Assembly: GCF_018350175.1 (NCBI RefSeq)
Contig: NC_058368.1
Location: forward strand, 170,688,001 to 170,752,000
Direction of reading: 5' to 3'
Origin: Felis catus
Lineage: Eukaryota
Length of the DNA: 64,000 bases
The notes under the pieces are model-generated. The model saw nothing but the letters and a program-made list of their open reading frames with translations, had not been told where the DNA came from and searched no databases. Each line of letters starts with the position of its first letter. Position 1 is the first letter of the stretch. Both the position numbers and the translations under genes were made by a program. Positions 1-14,667 of this stretch are shown here, one piece after another.

Positions 1-1701
1 ATCTGCAATTCCTGTGCTAGGCAGTACTCAGTTCTGAGCCCTATCCTTGAGTTTACTCAGATTTTTCATACTCTTTATCGAGCACTTAGCCCTTCAATGA
101 AGTATGACTTTTGTCAGCCCAACAGCTGCCTTGGCTTTGTAAGTAACTTCTTGGACATTCCTCAGTGTTGCTTGCAGTACTCAGATAAAACTTTAGTTTC
201 AAGAGTGAAGGGCATTTCTGTATCTTTAAGAAATATAATTGAGGTAGCTGCATTTTATATTTTCCAGTCTTGAGCTGCATTTCATGAAGTGACTTTTGTT
301 ACTGGTGGAAAGACTTGTGTTGTGAATAATCTGATTATGTTCACTCTTCAACCATGTGTTGTGCTTTACACAAAAGCCTTTGACCAACAGAGTGATATCC
401 AGTTCATGTTGCACTGACCAAGCTAATTCATTCCAGAGGAGGAACAGGTATCTTTCTTGAAATCTTGCTGTAGGGTCATTTAGTCTAGGAGAGGTCATGT
501 CTGCATGGCGTTAGAGTTGATTTTGGAAGTAAACAAGGACACTGCTAGTCATATGGAAACCTCCAATACCATAGCAGAAGGGAACTACCTAAAAAGACAT
601 TGTTCACTGTGTTTGCCATGCCTGCTACATTACAAGGCCAGAAGGAAGGCAGGGCTGGGTTATTTATAGTCTTCTCGTTTAGCTTCTTAAAACAAACAAA
701 CAAAAAACACAGCTAAGAGGATTCAATTTGAGAAGGCTTTTACTTTTTTCTGTGATTTTTCTGGTGTCTGTTTTTCTTTAATTCTCTCCTTTTGCTTTTT
801 ATTTTCTCCTTTCTGCCTAGTCTTTCCTTTCCCTTTAATGCTCCTTCTAAATGCCAAATCTAAATAAATAAGAATGTGACATTATAGCTGTGGTGGAAGG
901 GATGTTTCAATACGTATTCTCTGATGAAGGTTTCCTGGTATAGAAGTACGTTGAGGAAGCTTGTACTTTTCCAGTTCATGTCAGGTGGTGTAAGTATGTG
1001 ACTTTGTGGTATGGAGTTTGGGGTTCACTGACTTGTTTCTTCCTTAGCTCTTCGGTGCCCATGCCTCCTTGCAATAATGAACTCAGATTTGATGGAACAG
1101 GGCAGAGTCCAAACTTACGCATCTGTGTACATTTTCTTTTTCTTTATGCTTATATTTCTTCTTGAGTTGTGCTAGCATGACAGAAGGCATCTGGGCTAGG
1201 GCAGAATTATGGGATGCCAAGGCATAGTCATTATTATAAGATGCCAAGGCACCATCATGTTCACGGCAACTCTGGGAATTACTCCCCAAGTCTGTACTCG
1301 TACACTTTCCAAGAATGTATCTATTTGGAGATGTATTTAAACCTTGTCAAAGTCATTTGTCTTGGCTTCTTCAGTTGATTTATGTGGGGACTCTGATTGT
1401 TGGCTGCTGAAGTACAATCTGTACATGGAGATATAGGACTCATGCTGTAAATAGTATGGCATATCGTAAACCATGAAAGAGTCAGTGCCTTCTTACATAT
1501 TTTTGTTCAGTATGGAGAAGTGTGGAAGAACACAAATAAGACTGCTTCCTTATTTAGGTCCTCATGATATACTCAAGACCAATGTTTTCTTATATATATT
1601 CCCTGGATCTCTCCATTGAACCAGCTTTAATTTGAGAAACACTTTTTGGGAACCAGTGGTTACTAGTGGAGTTAGTAGAAGAAAATCTGATGAGCCTTAC
1701 T

Positions 1702-2072
1702 TATAGAGCCCACTAAGGACCCCCACATAGTATTTACTTTGGCATAAATATTATTTTGAGCTAAAAGTAATCCAAACCCAGCGGATTGAGAAAAGCTCTT
1801 GACTTCCCCTTCAACTGTCTGCTTATACCAGTAAGAGAGCTATTAACTGAGATTCCTCTTTACCTAAGGAACTTAACTGCATCATAGAGCAACCTTTGTT
1901 TTCCAAACATCTCCTTTCACCTTCCTGCTAATGGTTTTTCTCCTCTTTGTATCCTCAGACCACTTTCCCTTCTCCTTTGCTCCGGTAAGTATCCTGTTGC
2001 CTCACTGTCTTTGGAATTTCCATGTTATGTGGATTCCCTACGTATGCTATTAAAATTGATTTTCACCTATTT
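1702..2072 (+). mobile_element. ERV1 solo LTR, MER34-like (boundaries approximate)
   Basis: 'actttggcataaatattattttgagctaaaagtaat' (~1736-1771) resembles the MER34-family 5' motif as recalled; ATTAAA-type poly(A) signal near 2049. Confidence 0.6.
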
Positions 2073-4685
2073 AAAAAAAATCTATAATGGCATTTTTAGC
2101 AATAGGCTAATAACTAATATAGTAATAATAATGTTGCAGTAGTAAGTTAATTACAATGTAATGTTAACAAAAAGAAGTTGTTGGAAAAACTTTGATTAAA
2201 TTTTTGTCACTCACTCCATGTTTTCTAAAGAAATGTTTAAAATCTCTGATCCTATTAATTTTCAAAATAAGGACTGGATAAGAAATTTGTCCCTAATGCA
2301 ATGATAGCTATTATGTAGCACTGCATGAACTAGAAAAATTACTCCAGTAATCTACAAATTTTCACCAGTCTGATGATTACTTAGTAATAGCAAGTGCCGC
2401 TGCTTGTATTGGTGACAGCTCTGCATGGACAATACATAAAGAGATACAGGCTCAGGCTGTCAATTGTATTTGTGTTCGTATTAGCTTTCTTATTTTCATC
2501 AAGCCCGAATTCTTGTCCACAGAAACTTACTCTTTTAGGTCATTTGGCCTCTGCTGATTAAGTAACCAGACATGTGCACACACACACATTCACATTAGTT
2601 AATGCCATCTTTTGCATAGATGATACTCCAGTGTGCCTCTCCTGCCCTAGTACTCCTGCCTTTCATCTTGCTCCAAAAACAGCTTTGGGTTCTGGCAGCT
2701 GCGTACTGGAGAAGCCTCAGAGCCATGTGCTGATCCTCCTCTTCTGAGCAGGCTTCTGAAACCAACAGCAGGTGCTGGCTACCCCACTTGCCCCTGGAGA
2801 CTAGGAGGAGAGACGGTTCCAATTCTGGACAGGGTCGAGCTGTTCTGCCACAACAGATGGCCAGCATTTGGTCTTTAGTCCTGTCACCTGGTGAACTCCA
2901 ATACTGTGTATAGTCTCTTATTTGCTTTTCATTAAAAAGAGGCAGGAAAGGGGACCACAATGCCATATCAAAATGCCAACAGTTTCAATGTTGACAAAAG
3001 CGAAACACAATACAAAAAAGAAAAGAAGAACAGAACGAACATGGCACATTTGCTAAAATGCTTAACTACAATTCTATGATCTTGATTTTATTTATTCTGT
3101 TTTTAGGTTACAAGGTTACAAGGATTTAGCCATTCTAAGACTATTGAATAGATTTTATAAATGTAATTTTATCATTTTTCAAAAATGAGTTTGCCAGAAA
3201 TTTCCATTTTAATTTTCTGATTTGATATTCATATATGCACGCTGGTATTTCTTCATCTCAGACAAGACTTTTGTCATTATCAGCTCCATTTAGCTACATA
3301 ATGATAGGTCAATTCATTATTTAAATCATCCCCCAATAAATTTCAGTTATTTAAATCATAAGTTGCTTGTTACGTTATATGTAAATATTTTCTTTTCACC
3401 TAGAAAACATTTCAGAAGTCTTATGGTACTCAGATATAGAACTCTGGTAAAACTACCATAGGTTAAGATCTGAAGATTGAATCTGATTTACGAAAAATAG
3501 AAGCCCAGAACAAATGATCTTCCTCTAGATTACTGCTGCCCATGGAGATGACAATGACTCAAATTTTGTTCTCAAATATAGTCAAGGTCTGTTTTGGAAG
3601 TTGAGGGCAAGGGCCTTGGTTCTGCCTCCTGGGATATAATGAGCTGTGTTGCTGCCTCATATTCATTCATTCCATGAATCTGATACACAGAAGGAAGCTG
3701 ATAGGAAATGAGGTAAGGGAGAGGGGCATGTGAGGCCCAAAGGGAGGTCATTGTGGGCAGACCTACCAGAAGATGGGCCATGATTGCTGCAATACAATCA
3801 TTGCAGTGTGGGTTGTAAGATGATCCCAGGTCTCTGCTCAGAATCTTTTCCTAGATTGTGATCAGGATTGACACACTTAATAAAACACTGACCTGTTAAC
3901 ATACCTGTTAAACTTCTTTAACTCCTTCCCACTCTGTGATGACATGAACTGACACTGATATCAAAATACAAATTTCAAAGTGTAGTAGAGATGAGGTTCA
4001 CGTAAGATATGAAGAAATTAACACGTTAAAGTAACTGAAGAACCAGGAGGTCAGTTTCTCTCAGGATTCACAGAAATCCATTCACCTAAATAGATGTGCT
4101 CATCTTATCTACTCTTGAGTGTGTAGATTTTCACCTAGAATTGCCGGCATCTACAAGGCAAGGGATTGGCTCTGTGAATCCTTTGGTATCAGTGTTGGTA
4201 CCTACATTTCTCTGTGTGATAGTGATAAAAAAATGAAACTAGTGTACATCATTGGATAATGAAGGAACTGTTCTCCATTGCCTGTGTTTTCTCTGGGAGG
4301 TGTTTGGTTCTTAGGTGCTCTTTTCATACCGTGTGCAATTACTTGTGTTAACCTTGATGGGGCCCACATCAGGTGCTGGAGGGAAACATGAAATGTCTTT
4401 TGTCAATAGCATTGAAGTGAGCACAATAACTGCAAAATCATCCAACAAAATCTGTGTTCCTAAAGCTGAACTTGTCCAATCTTTACTTAGAACTTAAAAA
4501 AAAAAAAAAAAAAAGAGTGGTTTTATATGTCTTTTAAACTGGGGCTAATTATTGGAATCTCCTGGTATGATTAAAGTACATTTCTGATAGGCTTTACTGA
4601 AAGTCTAATATAGGTGAATATAATCTGCACTGCTATTGATGGCCATGGAGACCTGGTTCCTGTGTCTTACAGATAATTTTGGTCT

Positions 4686-4940
4686 GGGGCACCTGGGTGG
4701 GTCAGTTGGTTAAGTGTCTGACTTTTGATTTTGGCTCAGGTCTTGATCTTGGTGTTGTGAGATCGAGCCCCACATGGGGCTTCATGCTGAGCATGGATTC
4801 TCTCTCTCTCTCTCTCTCTCTGACTCTCTGTCTCTCTCTCTCCCCCCTCCCTCCCTCTTCTCCTCCCCTGCTTGTAAACACACGCATGAGCACAGGCTCT
4901 CTCTCTCTCAAAAAAATAAAACAAAAGAAAACAAAAACAG
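4686..4940 (+). mobile_element. CAN-SINE (SINEC)
   Basis: GGGGCACCTGGGTGG tRNA-derived head, (CT)n tract, A-rich tail; degenerate TSD aattttg(g/a)tct. Confidence 0.95.
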
Positions 4941-5629
4941 AATTTTGATCTGCCCGATCCCATGCCATCATCATCCCCATTGGATTGGCTCACTTTGGTG
5001 AACTATGACTGGAAAACTTCTTTCCAAATGCCGAGCAATTTTATTTCTCCTTACAAACAGAAAATGTTTGCAGCAGTCTTTATTATATCTGAGTGGGTTT
5101 TCTTGGATTCATGCCCAGCAAGTTTATTTTTGTGTGGAGTAGGCTGATTTTCTGATTTTCTAATTTTCTGTGTATTTCTTGGTAGAGTTTACCAAACCGT
5201 TTATCTTTTCTGACAACTTCAGCTTGGCAAATGCATTGGTGCCTTTAAAAAGCCGTGATCTGAAGTTACCCAAGATCTTTATTGTGGACTCTTAGAGTCA
5301 CAATTTCTGCAGCAACCTTAGCTCAGTCTGACTTGGGAATGGAAACAAGAACTGAGTTGTGTGTTTGTATCCCGAAAGCCCCAAACTGTTCTTGTAAAGT
5401 CTCCATTATTTATTTTTGTAGTCCCAGAAGCTTCGCATTATAGATTCATTGTATCATTGTCTTATGATTTAGAGTTTATGATGGTTTTCTAATTAAATGC
5501 TCATTTTCTAGTTACCACAGTACTGTTTCACATTGCTTAAAATAGCAACTTCCCCCAGTGTATTTTTGGATTGTGGATAATAGGTTAGAATCAGCAATAT
5601 TGCAGGAAATAAATGATTTTAAGTATAAT

Positions 5630-6105
5630 ATAGAGTATATGTGTATATGTATATATAGTATATAATATATACTATATATATAGATATTATATATAGTATA
5701 TTATATATACTATATATATTATATATAATATATATATTATATTTAGTATATATATACTATATATATAGTATATATAGTATATAGTATATATATAGTATAG
5801 TATGTATAGTATAGTATATAGTATATATATAGTATATAGTATATAGTATGTATATATACTAATATATAGTATATATAGTATATATAGTATATAGTATACA
5901 TATAGTATAGTATATATATAGTATATATTATATAGTATATAGTATATATATATATAGTATATAGTATATATAGTATAGTATATATAGTATATATATAGTG
6001 TATATATATATATAGTAGATAGATAGATATTATATATATATTAGTATATATAATATACTAATATATATATAATATCTATCTATCTACTATATATATATAT
6101 AGTAT
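5630..6105. repeat. Complex AT-rich microsatellite (TA)n/(TATAG)n ending in a perfect inverted repeat
   Basis: Directly visible; almost only A/T with periodic G. Confidence 0.97.
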
Positions 6106-6179
6106 AAAGATTAAAAACATTTCCTCAAGGTCAGTTTCCTCATCTTTTGAACACATACCAACACACATATTCTGTATAC

Positions 6180-6775
6180 AGCTGTCTATAATTTGATATT
6201 GATTAATTGACCACAAAATCTAATGGCATGTCTTATAAAAATGAGCCTTTCTTGCATCCTTACAATGGCCACTACTCAGCAACAAAAATAACACACCATT
6301 GATACATGAAATACTTGGATGGACCTTAAGGGCCATGTGCTAAGTCAAAAAGCCAATCTCAAAAAGTTATATACTGTCTGATTCCATTTACATAACAGTC
6401 TTGACAAAATTACAGAAGTAGATAACAGATTAGTTGTTGCCATGGGTTTGGGATGGAGGTGATGGGAGGGAGTGAGGTTGGGTATGACCAAAAAGAGGAC
6501 CATAAGTGAGACCTTTGTGGTGATGGAATGGTTTGTATCTTGATTATGGTGGTTAGGTGAATAAGCATGTATGATAAAAAGGCATAGAACCACACACACA
6601 CACACACACACACACACCTACACCTACTGCACTAATATCAGCTTCCTGATTTTGATATTGTACCATAATTATATAAAATGTAACCATTGGGGGTAAAGTG
6701 GGTGAAATAAAACCATTGGGGACAGATCTATATTATTTTTGTAATTTCCTATGAACCTATAATTATTAATTTTTT
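6180..6775 (+). mobile_element. Old L1 3' end (L1MC/L1MD-type) with embedded (CA)n
   Basis: 'actactcagcaacaaaa', 'tactgtctgattccatttacataaca', 'gtggtgatggaatggtttgtatcttgattatggtggtt' are typical L1M 3' UTR motifs. Confidence 0.85.
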
Positions 6776-8329
6776 TTCAAATGTGGCAGTAGTCATAAGG
6801 TGCTGTAAGGAAAACAAAACTCTTGTTGATGTTGCTAATAAATGTGGTAATTGACTCTTAGAGCTGGAAAAGGCTTGACATAATATTCACAGAAAATGTC
6901 AGAATAATGTAGCAGTCCTAACCTTTGTGTTGTGAAATTTTGCTGATGTGGTAGAAGTTATTTGATGCTTAAAAAAAAATTAAGAAATCCATATTCAGGC
7001 CTTTAAGCTGGCTAAGAAAAATAAGCATTTCGAGTTCAAGTTATGGCAAGGGGAACCTAGGAAAAACCCGTAAGGAAGTAAACCTCAACATATGGTCTGA
7101 AATTTATGTAAAACTGTCAGCCCCAAATCTAGGGAAGAGAGAGAAGGATTTATACTTTAGTGCTTTTTTTCTTTTTTAGTGCTTTTCTTGATTTGTCAAG
7201 TGGCAAGTCATTTAAGGAATATGCTGTTGTACCTTCTCCACTTCTTCTCTTCCCTTCCCCTATGAAGTAAAAAAAAGAAGATAGAGTCATAGAATAAGAA
7301 CTCCTAGAAGCAAAAAGAGTGGGTCTTCATCACCTTCCTTTAGATATAAGAGTATCTACATCTCAGAGGGTAATACATTTTATATTAATCTCTGTATCTC
7401 TCACTGCCATATCTTAGTGTTTGCCATACAGTTTGTGAACTCATTTACCATAAAATTTAATAGTTGATTACCAACACCTTCAGTTGTCTTTAAGTGAATG
7501 GGAACTGAATTATTCTTTAAAAACAGCGCAGTTCAGGGAAAAGTTGCAACAATGATACAAAATTAATGGATTTTCTGAGTGTAATTTGAAGTATAGGCAA
7601 AAAAGGATTTTAACCCAAGTACCCTAAAGGATAGTCTTACAGAACTCTTGGTATCCATGGGAATAATATTGAAGAATATACAGGCAGGTTCCAATTATTC
7701 TTTGGAAATGACAGGGATATGCTGAGGGGGTGTTGGTAAAGGTACAGTGCCTTGAATTTTCTTCGTCAGGTTGTACACATGCATTGCTCCGAGTGATTAG
7801 AAGATGGTGTAACATTTTTTTAATACCACAGCCCTATGTGTGATCCAGTTGTTCTGCTTTGCATCAAGACAGTGTGATTCACAAAGTTTCCATTGTACAA
7901 AACTAATTAAAAGTATTTCAAAAGGACTTCACATTAACAAAGGATTTCCTGTGACATCCATTTAAGAGTGAACTCTTTCAGGGTGTGAAAGTAGATTTTT
8001 ATAGATCACTAACAACCTGAAGGCTTCTGGGAGTAGAAAGATATAAAACTGTTGTTAGGAGGCAATGCCAATTGAAGATCAGTCAAAAATGACATAAAGT
8101 ATTTCTGCAACCTTTAGATGAATTGAGCAGAAAATATCTCAGTTTATAAGCCATTTTGCAAGAACATATCAATTATATACACTTGCACACTGTCTATAAA
8201 TTCTTTTAATATCATCATAAGTAATAGCTGGAAGGATTTTCAATAGACAAAATAAATGTGTCTCTTTTTTATTTTACGGCTAACATTCTTGAGGGAGAAG
8301 TCAGTCCATTTATTTCTCCTCATTTTGGT

Positions 8330-9040
8330 CTTCTATTCTCTTCTCTATCGAGGTCATTCTTGATTCAGTCCCACCAGGTCTTTACTGCTCAAACACTGAG
8401 GTTTTTCTTTTATTAACCACATTCAACAATTATTTTTTAATCCTTACATTAGTTGACTTCTTCCTAGCATTTGATAGCTTTAATCATATGAAACTTTTGG
8501 AAACATTTTCCTTTGGTTCTACTTATACCATGTCCTCTGGTAAAACCTCCTTCATGCCTTACCAGCCCTTCTTGGCCTTTGTTACTGGCTTCTCTTTCTT
8601 AGTCTACTCCCAAAGCATGGGCTTCCCCCAAGGCTCCATCCTCACTCAGCCCCCTTGTCTTCCTCTTGGTTGGTGATCTTGTAAGTGCCAACACTTTTAG
8701 TTATAATTAAGTATTCTTGTCTCAGATACGTATCTGTGGCCACTCTCTTCTGAACTTTTGGCCCGATTTTCCAATCTCAGTGTTTTATCTTTCTTCATAA
8801 ACCCCTGCGTCTCTCCCTGAATACCTGCTCTTATCCCACCAAGTTTTCAGTCTCTTCCTGAGTTCTGCTTACTCAGTTCATTACCTCATTTCACAACCTT
8901 GAAGATCGTTCAAATCCAGAAATTTCTCTACATCCCTACTGCCACTATTTTTTTTTTAGCCCACAACATTTCTTACCAGTACCCTAACGTGTATCCTAAT
9001 TTCTTCCTCTTAACATCCACCCTCCTCATAAAGTCAGAAT
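8330..9040 (+). mobile_element. L2 LINE fragment (left part, interrupted by L1)
   Basis: Pyrimidine-rich L2-like text such as 'gcatttgatagctttaatcat', 'ccccaaggctccatcctc'; continues after the L1 at ~10700. Confidence 0.65.
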
Positions 9041-9049
9041 TATATCTTT

Positions 9050-10688
<1,639 letters not shown>

Positions 10689-10699
10689 AGAATTATCTT

Positions 10700-11400
10700 T
10701 CTAATTCACATCTGATTATCTCAGTCATGGTTCTTCAGATATTACCATCATATTCCTGCCTACATTTCTGGATACATAAATTGGTTGCCATTCCAACACT
10801 CAAGTTTTGACCTCTCCATCCTAAAATTTATTGTCATTTTTCCTAGAATACCCCTTCTCAGACCTGGTCCATCTGGTAAACTCCTGTTAATTCTCTGTGG
10901 TACATACATATTTGTCATACGTGTGAAGTTTTCCCTGGTTCTTCCAAAACCTGCAACCATTTGTCACAGTCACAAGACTAATTGTTTTCATTTTCCTTAC
11001 TTCATCATCCTTGGGTTTCATCTTCTGCTTCTGAAAAATTATGCCTCATATCACCAGAGTAAGTGTGGTCTTCTTTTGTGCTTCAAACATTGGGAGTGAG
11101 TCACCCTTTCTATTTGATACCCACATTGACCATGCAAAAAGGAATGCCTTCCACTCTCCCTTGTGTTACATTCTCTCCCAATTTATGCATTGATCACAAG
11201 CAGAATTTGCCTCTTATTCCTTTAGTAAGAATGTCCTATCCCATGCCTTATTTTTTCTTACAGATCCTCTTTTCCCCTCTAATGAACCAGCTTAAGCTCC
11301 TTGGGACTGGAATATGTTTCACTCTGGGTGCCTGGCACTGTGCTCTTCTTGAAAGTATTTCTTCCCTCCACATGCTTAACCGTTGTCCAGAACAAAACTT
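10700..11400 (+). mobile_element. L2 LINE fragments (right of the L1 insertion)
   Basis: Degenerate L2-like motifs 'ggaatgccttccactctc', 'gcttaagctccttgggactggaat', 'gtgcctggcactgtgctc'. Confidence 0.5.
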
Positions 11401-11620
11401 GTATAATATATCTCTTCCTTTTTTCAAGGCATATAGTGTGAGGTATCAAGGATAGCCTTTGTCTCTGGTAGTTCAGCATTTTAGGTGACTTACATCTGCA
11501 GACTCATCTTTGTATCCACTTATTACCACCTTCTATGAATTCCTGGGCCCCCTTACTCCACCAGCATATCTTTGTGGGCTGTGGAGACCCAATTTAGGTC
11601 TCCTTTCTGCAATCTTGATG

Positions 11621-12115
11621 TATAAAAGAAAAATCGTACCAAATCAGTTAAATAAGCAAGGAGGATTTTATTCAAGACAATTGCATTAGGGGACAAACAC
11701 TACTGTGATAGGAGAGAGCTTGAACTCAACTCTCCTGAAACAAAAGGACTGAGAGCTTTTCAGTGCAGGGGTGAGTTAGTGGAAAAGTAGTAGAGGATAT
11801 TAGTGGAGATGTTGGTATTGTGATTAGGTCATTTTTATTTCTAATCAGTGCTTGTGAAGGCTTCTACCTTTCCACAGAGACTGGGGGATAGGGATGTTAT
11901 CTTTCTTGATGATTATATTTCATAGAGATAGCTCTCACATCCTAGAGAAAGACATTCCTGGGTTACAGCAGATTTCTGTCCCAAAGAGGCAAAGAACAAA
12001 TGATTAATTGCAAGTTTTCTAAGTAAATACTCTAGGAAAAAGGAGGTCAGGGGTCTGTAGTCAGGAAGAAACCTGCCTAAAATTTGGTCAAGCAGTTTTA
12101 AGTTCATCTTGGTCA
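11621..12115 (-). mobile_element. ERV1 solo LTR, MER67-like
   Basis: Reverse complement starts TGACCAAGA...CTTGACCAAATTTTAGGCAGGTTTCTTCCTGACTACAGACCCCTGACCTCC and has AATAAA near its end; 4-bp TSD GATG at 11617-11620 and 12116-12119. Confidence 0.88.
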
Positions 12116-13074
12116 GATGGGTAAGCATAAACTAAAAGGTAAATAATGACACATTTAACTTGCTTTCATGTGGCTTTTCCTGTTCCATCAATAACAATGA
12201 AATGGGTCGTGCAGTAGGGCAGGTACCATTAGTAATGAAATTTATATACACTTTATTCTAATAATGTTGCTACCATTGTGAATAATTTCCCTCTTAGGTC
12301 ATGTCCTTTTGAGAAGGAATGAAAAAGCACCTCAAAATGAATGCATTGCAATTATCACTGTTTTCTTCCTTCTAACTCACTATTTATTAAAGGTGAATGC
12401 ATTTATCACGCAGGCAAATGCTTGTGGTTTGATTGATTTGTATTATTGCTTTCTCTGTACTGTAGAAGTTCCCATTAGGGTCTTTCTGAAATGCAGAAAA
12501 TAATAATTTAGCACCCTGGCTGGGCTGTTTCTAATGTAAGTAACTCATACTAAGCTAGAGAGCAGCTAAGTTAAAGAGAAAGGGAAGTAGTGAAGTAGTC
12601 AGTAAGACAACAGAAGAGATCATAAATCAATGCCACATCTTTATTATTATTCTTATTTTATTTTTCAATGTCACCATCTTTAAAGCATACACTTTCAAGG
12701 GCAGATCTTGACTATGTCAGGTGATTTTTTTTTCACTTGCTTATTTCAAAAATATGTATTTGGCTTATTTTCCCATGCCTATTATATAAAATAGATTACA
12801 TAAATACAGATAGTGGTCCCAAGGCAGTAGTGATTTTTTTTATTATATTAAATATATTATAATTATTACTGTGACCTGACCTTATAGACAAAATTGCATG
12901 CAGTGGGGACAATAAAGGAAAGATAGGAGTTGGGTTGGGGAACAGAATGAGTGGTCAGTAAAGGCTGTCAGGGACAATTAATAACTTGAGCTCTTTAGAA
13001 AGTACCCTTAATTGTTTTCCAATTTTATTTTTGTTTGCATTGCCATCTTAGCTTACAACTTCATTTCTTTCTTG

Positions 13075-14080
13075 CTGTACCGCTCCCACATGAGGCTACT
13101 TGTCCAAACTCCACCTCCGTTGCCCTCTCCATTTTTTTTTTCCACGTTTATTTTTATTTTTGGGACAGAGAGAGACAGAGCATGAACAGGGGAGGAGCAG
13201 AGAGAGAGGGAGACACAGAATCGGAAACAGGCTCCAGGCTCTGAGCCATCAGCCCAGAGCCTGACGTGAGGCTCAAACTCACGGACCACAAGATCGTGAC
13301 CTGGCTGAAGTCGGACGCTTAACCGACTGCACCACCCAGGCGCCCCTGCCCTCTCCATTTTTGTCTCCACCCTAATCCAAGCCAGCTTCCCACATCTCAG
13401 GTGGACTACTACAGTAATATCCTTGCTGATGCTCCAATTTTTATTGCCTCTCTACAGTCTGTTTTATACAAAGTAAGCTTTCAAAAATGTAAACCAGACC
13501 AAATTGTTCTGCTTAGTACCTGCATAACTCTCCTGTTGCTTTTCCATGTACTCATAATAAATTCCAAACTTGCATTCCAAACCCAATAGATTCTAGACTT
13601 TGTCTACCTCATCTACCTAACATCTTACTACTGTCCTCCTGGTTCATATTACTCTTGGCACATCATGCTTTCTGTTCCTTGTAACTGGCAAGCTTATTTT
13701 TGCTAAGGGGTCTTTGCCCTTCCCGTTCCCTCTCTCGGGACAGCTTTGCCACCAGATTGTTGTGTAGCAGGCTGTCTTGCTGCTCATCTCTCAGCACAAA
13801 TATCCCGTCATCAGTGAGGATTCCCTGATGACTCAATCTATCTCAGTCCCTTTCTCCCTGTTCACCCTCTATTCATCACCTTTATCTGGTTTGAATTTCA
13901 TTTTAATAATTAAATTACCTGAAATTTCCTTGTTTGTGTTTTTGTTTTGCTTGTCTACTGCTATGAGACTATAAGCTCCATGAGAGTAAGGATCTTCCCT
14001 GTCACATATACTGTTATAGCACAAGCAGCAAAAACACCCCCAAAACATTGATTTGCTCAATAAATATTTGAGAATTAATT
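13075..14080 (+). mobile_element. L2 LINE 3' portion (interrupted by SINE)
   Basis: 'agactataagctccatgagagtaaggatct' and terminal 'ctcaataaatatttgagaattaattaat' are L2 3'-end hallmarks. Confidence 0.85.
13137..13346 (-). mobile_element. CAN-SINE (SINEC_Fc-type)
   Basis: Full-length; perfect TSD tgccctctccatttt at 13121 and 13347. Confidence 0.98.
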
Positions 14081-14578
14081 AATTTACTAAATAATTATCA
14101 TGTACTAATGTCCTACTATCTGTGGGGTCCAATATAACATTCATTTGAAGTCACAAATGAATATTGCATGGTCCCATACCTCATGTAGCTTACTGGCTGG
14201 CTGGTACCTTTATCTGGGCATCTGGTTACCAAACCATATTTCAGGATATATACTTTTGTTTGGAAAAGCAAGATGAAATTGATAAGATTTATGGTTAGTT
14301 AGATACTTTTGGTTCTCTAAGTGTACTTTATGTTCTACTTCTCTTGAAATGTATTTAGTAGTTGGTGGGAGCCATCAGAGATGTGTTAGCAGGATGGACA
14401 GTAGCACAGCATGCTTAGCAAGAGTAAGTTAGACATCTTTTGGCAGAATGGATCGAAGGATAGACAAACTGGAGGCAAGGAGACCAGCAGTCAGCAATTT
14501 TCTGTGATGTGACAGTCCAGAGATGACAGACTAAGGGTTTGAAAGGTAGGATAGTAGTTTTCCTAAATAAATATATTA

Positions 14579-14580
<2 letters not shown>

Positions 14581-14662
<82 letters not shown>
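14581..14662. repeat. (AC)n(AG)n compound microsatellite
   Basis: Directly visible. Confidence 0.98.

Positions 14663-14667
<5 letters not shown>

Noticed and set aside
86..498. Minus-strand ORFs of 64 and 90 aa at the window start
   Set aside because: No recognisable domain or splice structure; length compatible with chance.
2595..2966. 123-aa minus-strand ORF in a GC-richer patch
   Set aside because: No similarity to any protein I recognise and no clear exon boundaries.
4679..5001. Overlapping ORFs with ERERER/LSLSLS runs (also at 13-15, 28, 36, 49 and 57 kb)
   Set aside because: Translations of CAN-SINE (CT)n tracts.
11063..11455. Longest ORF in the track (130 aa)
   Set aside because: Non-ATG start, overlaps decayed L2-like sequence, no recognisable protein.
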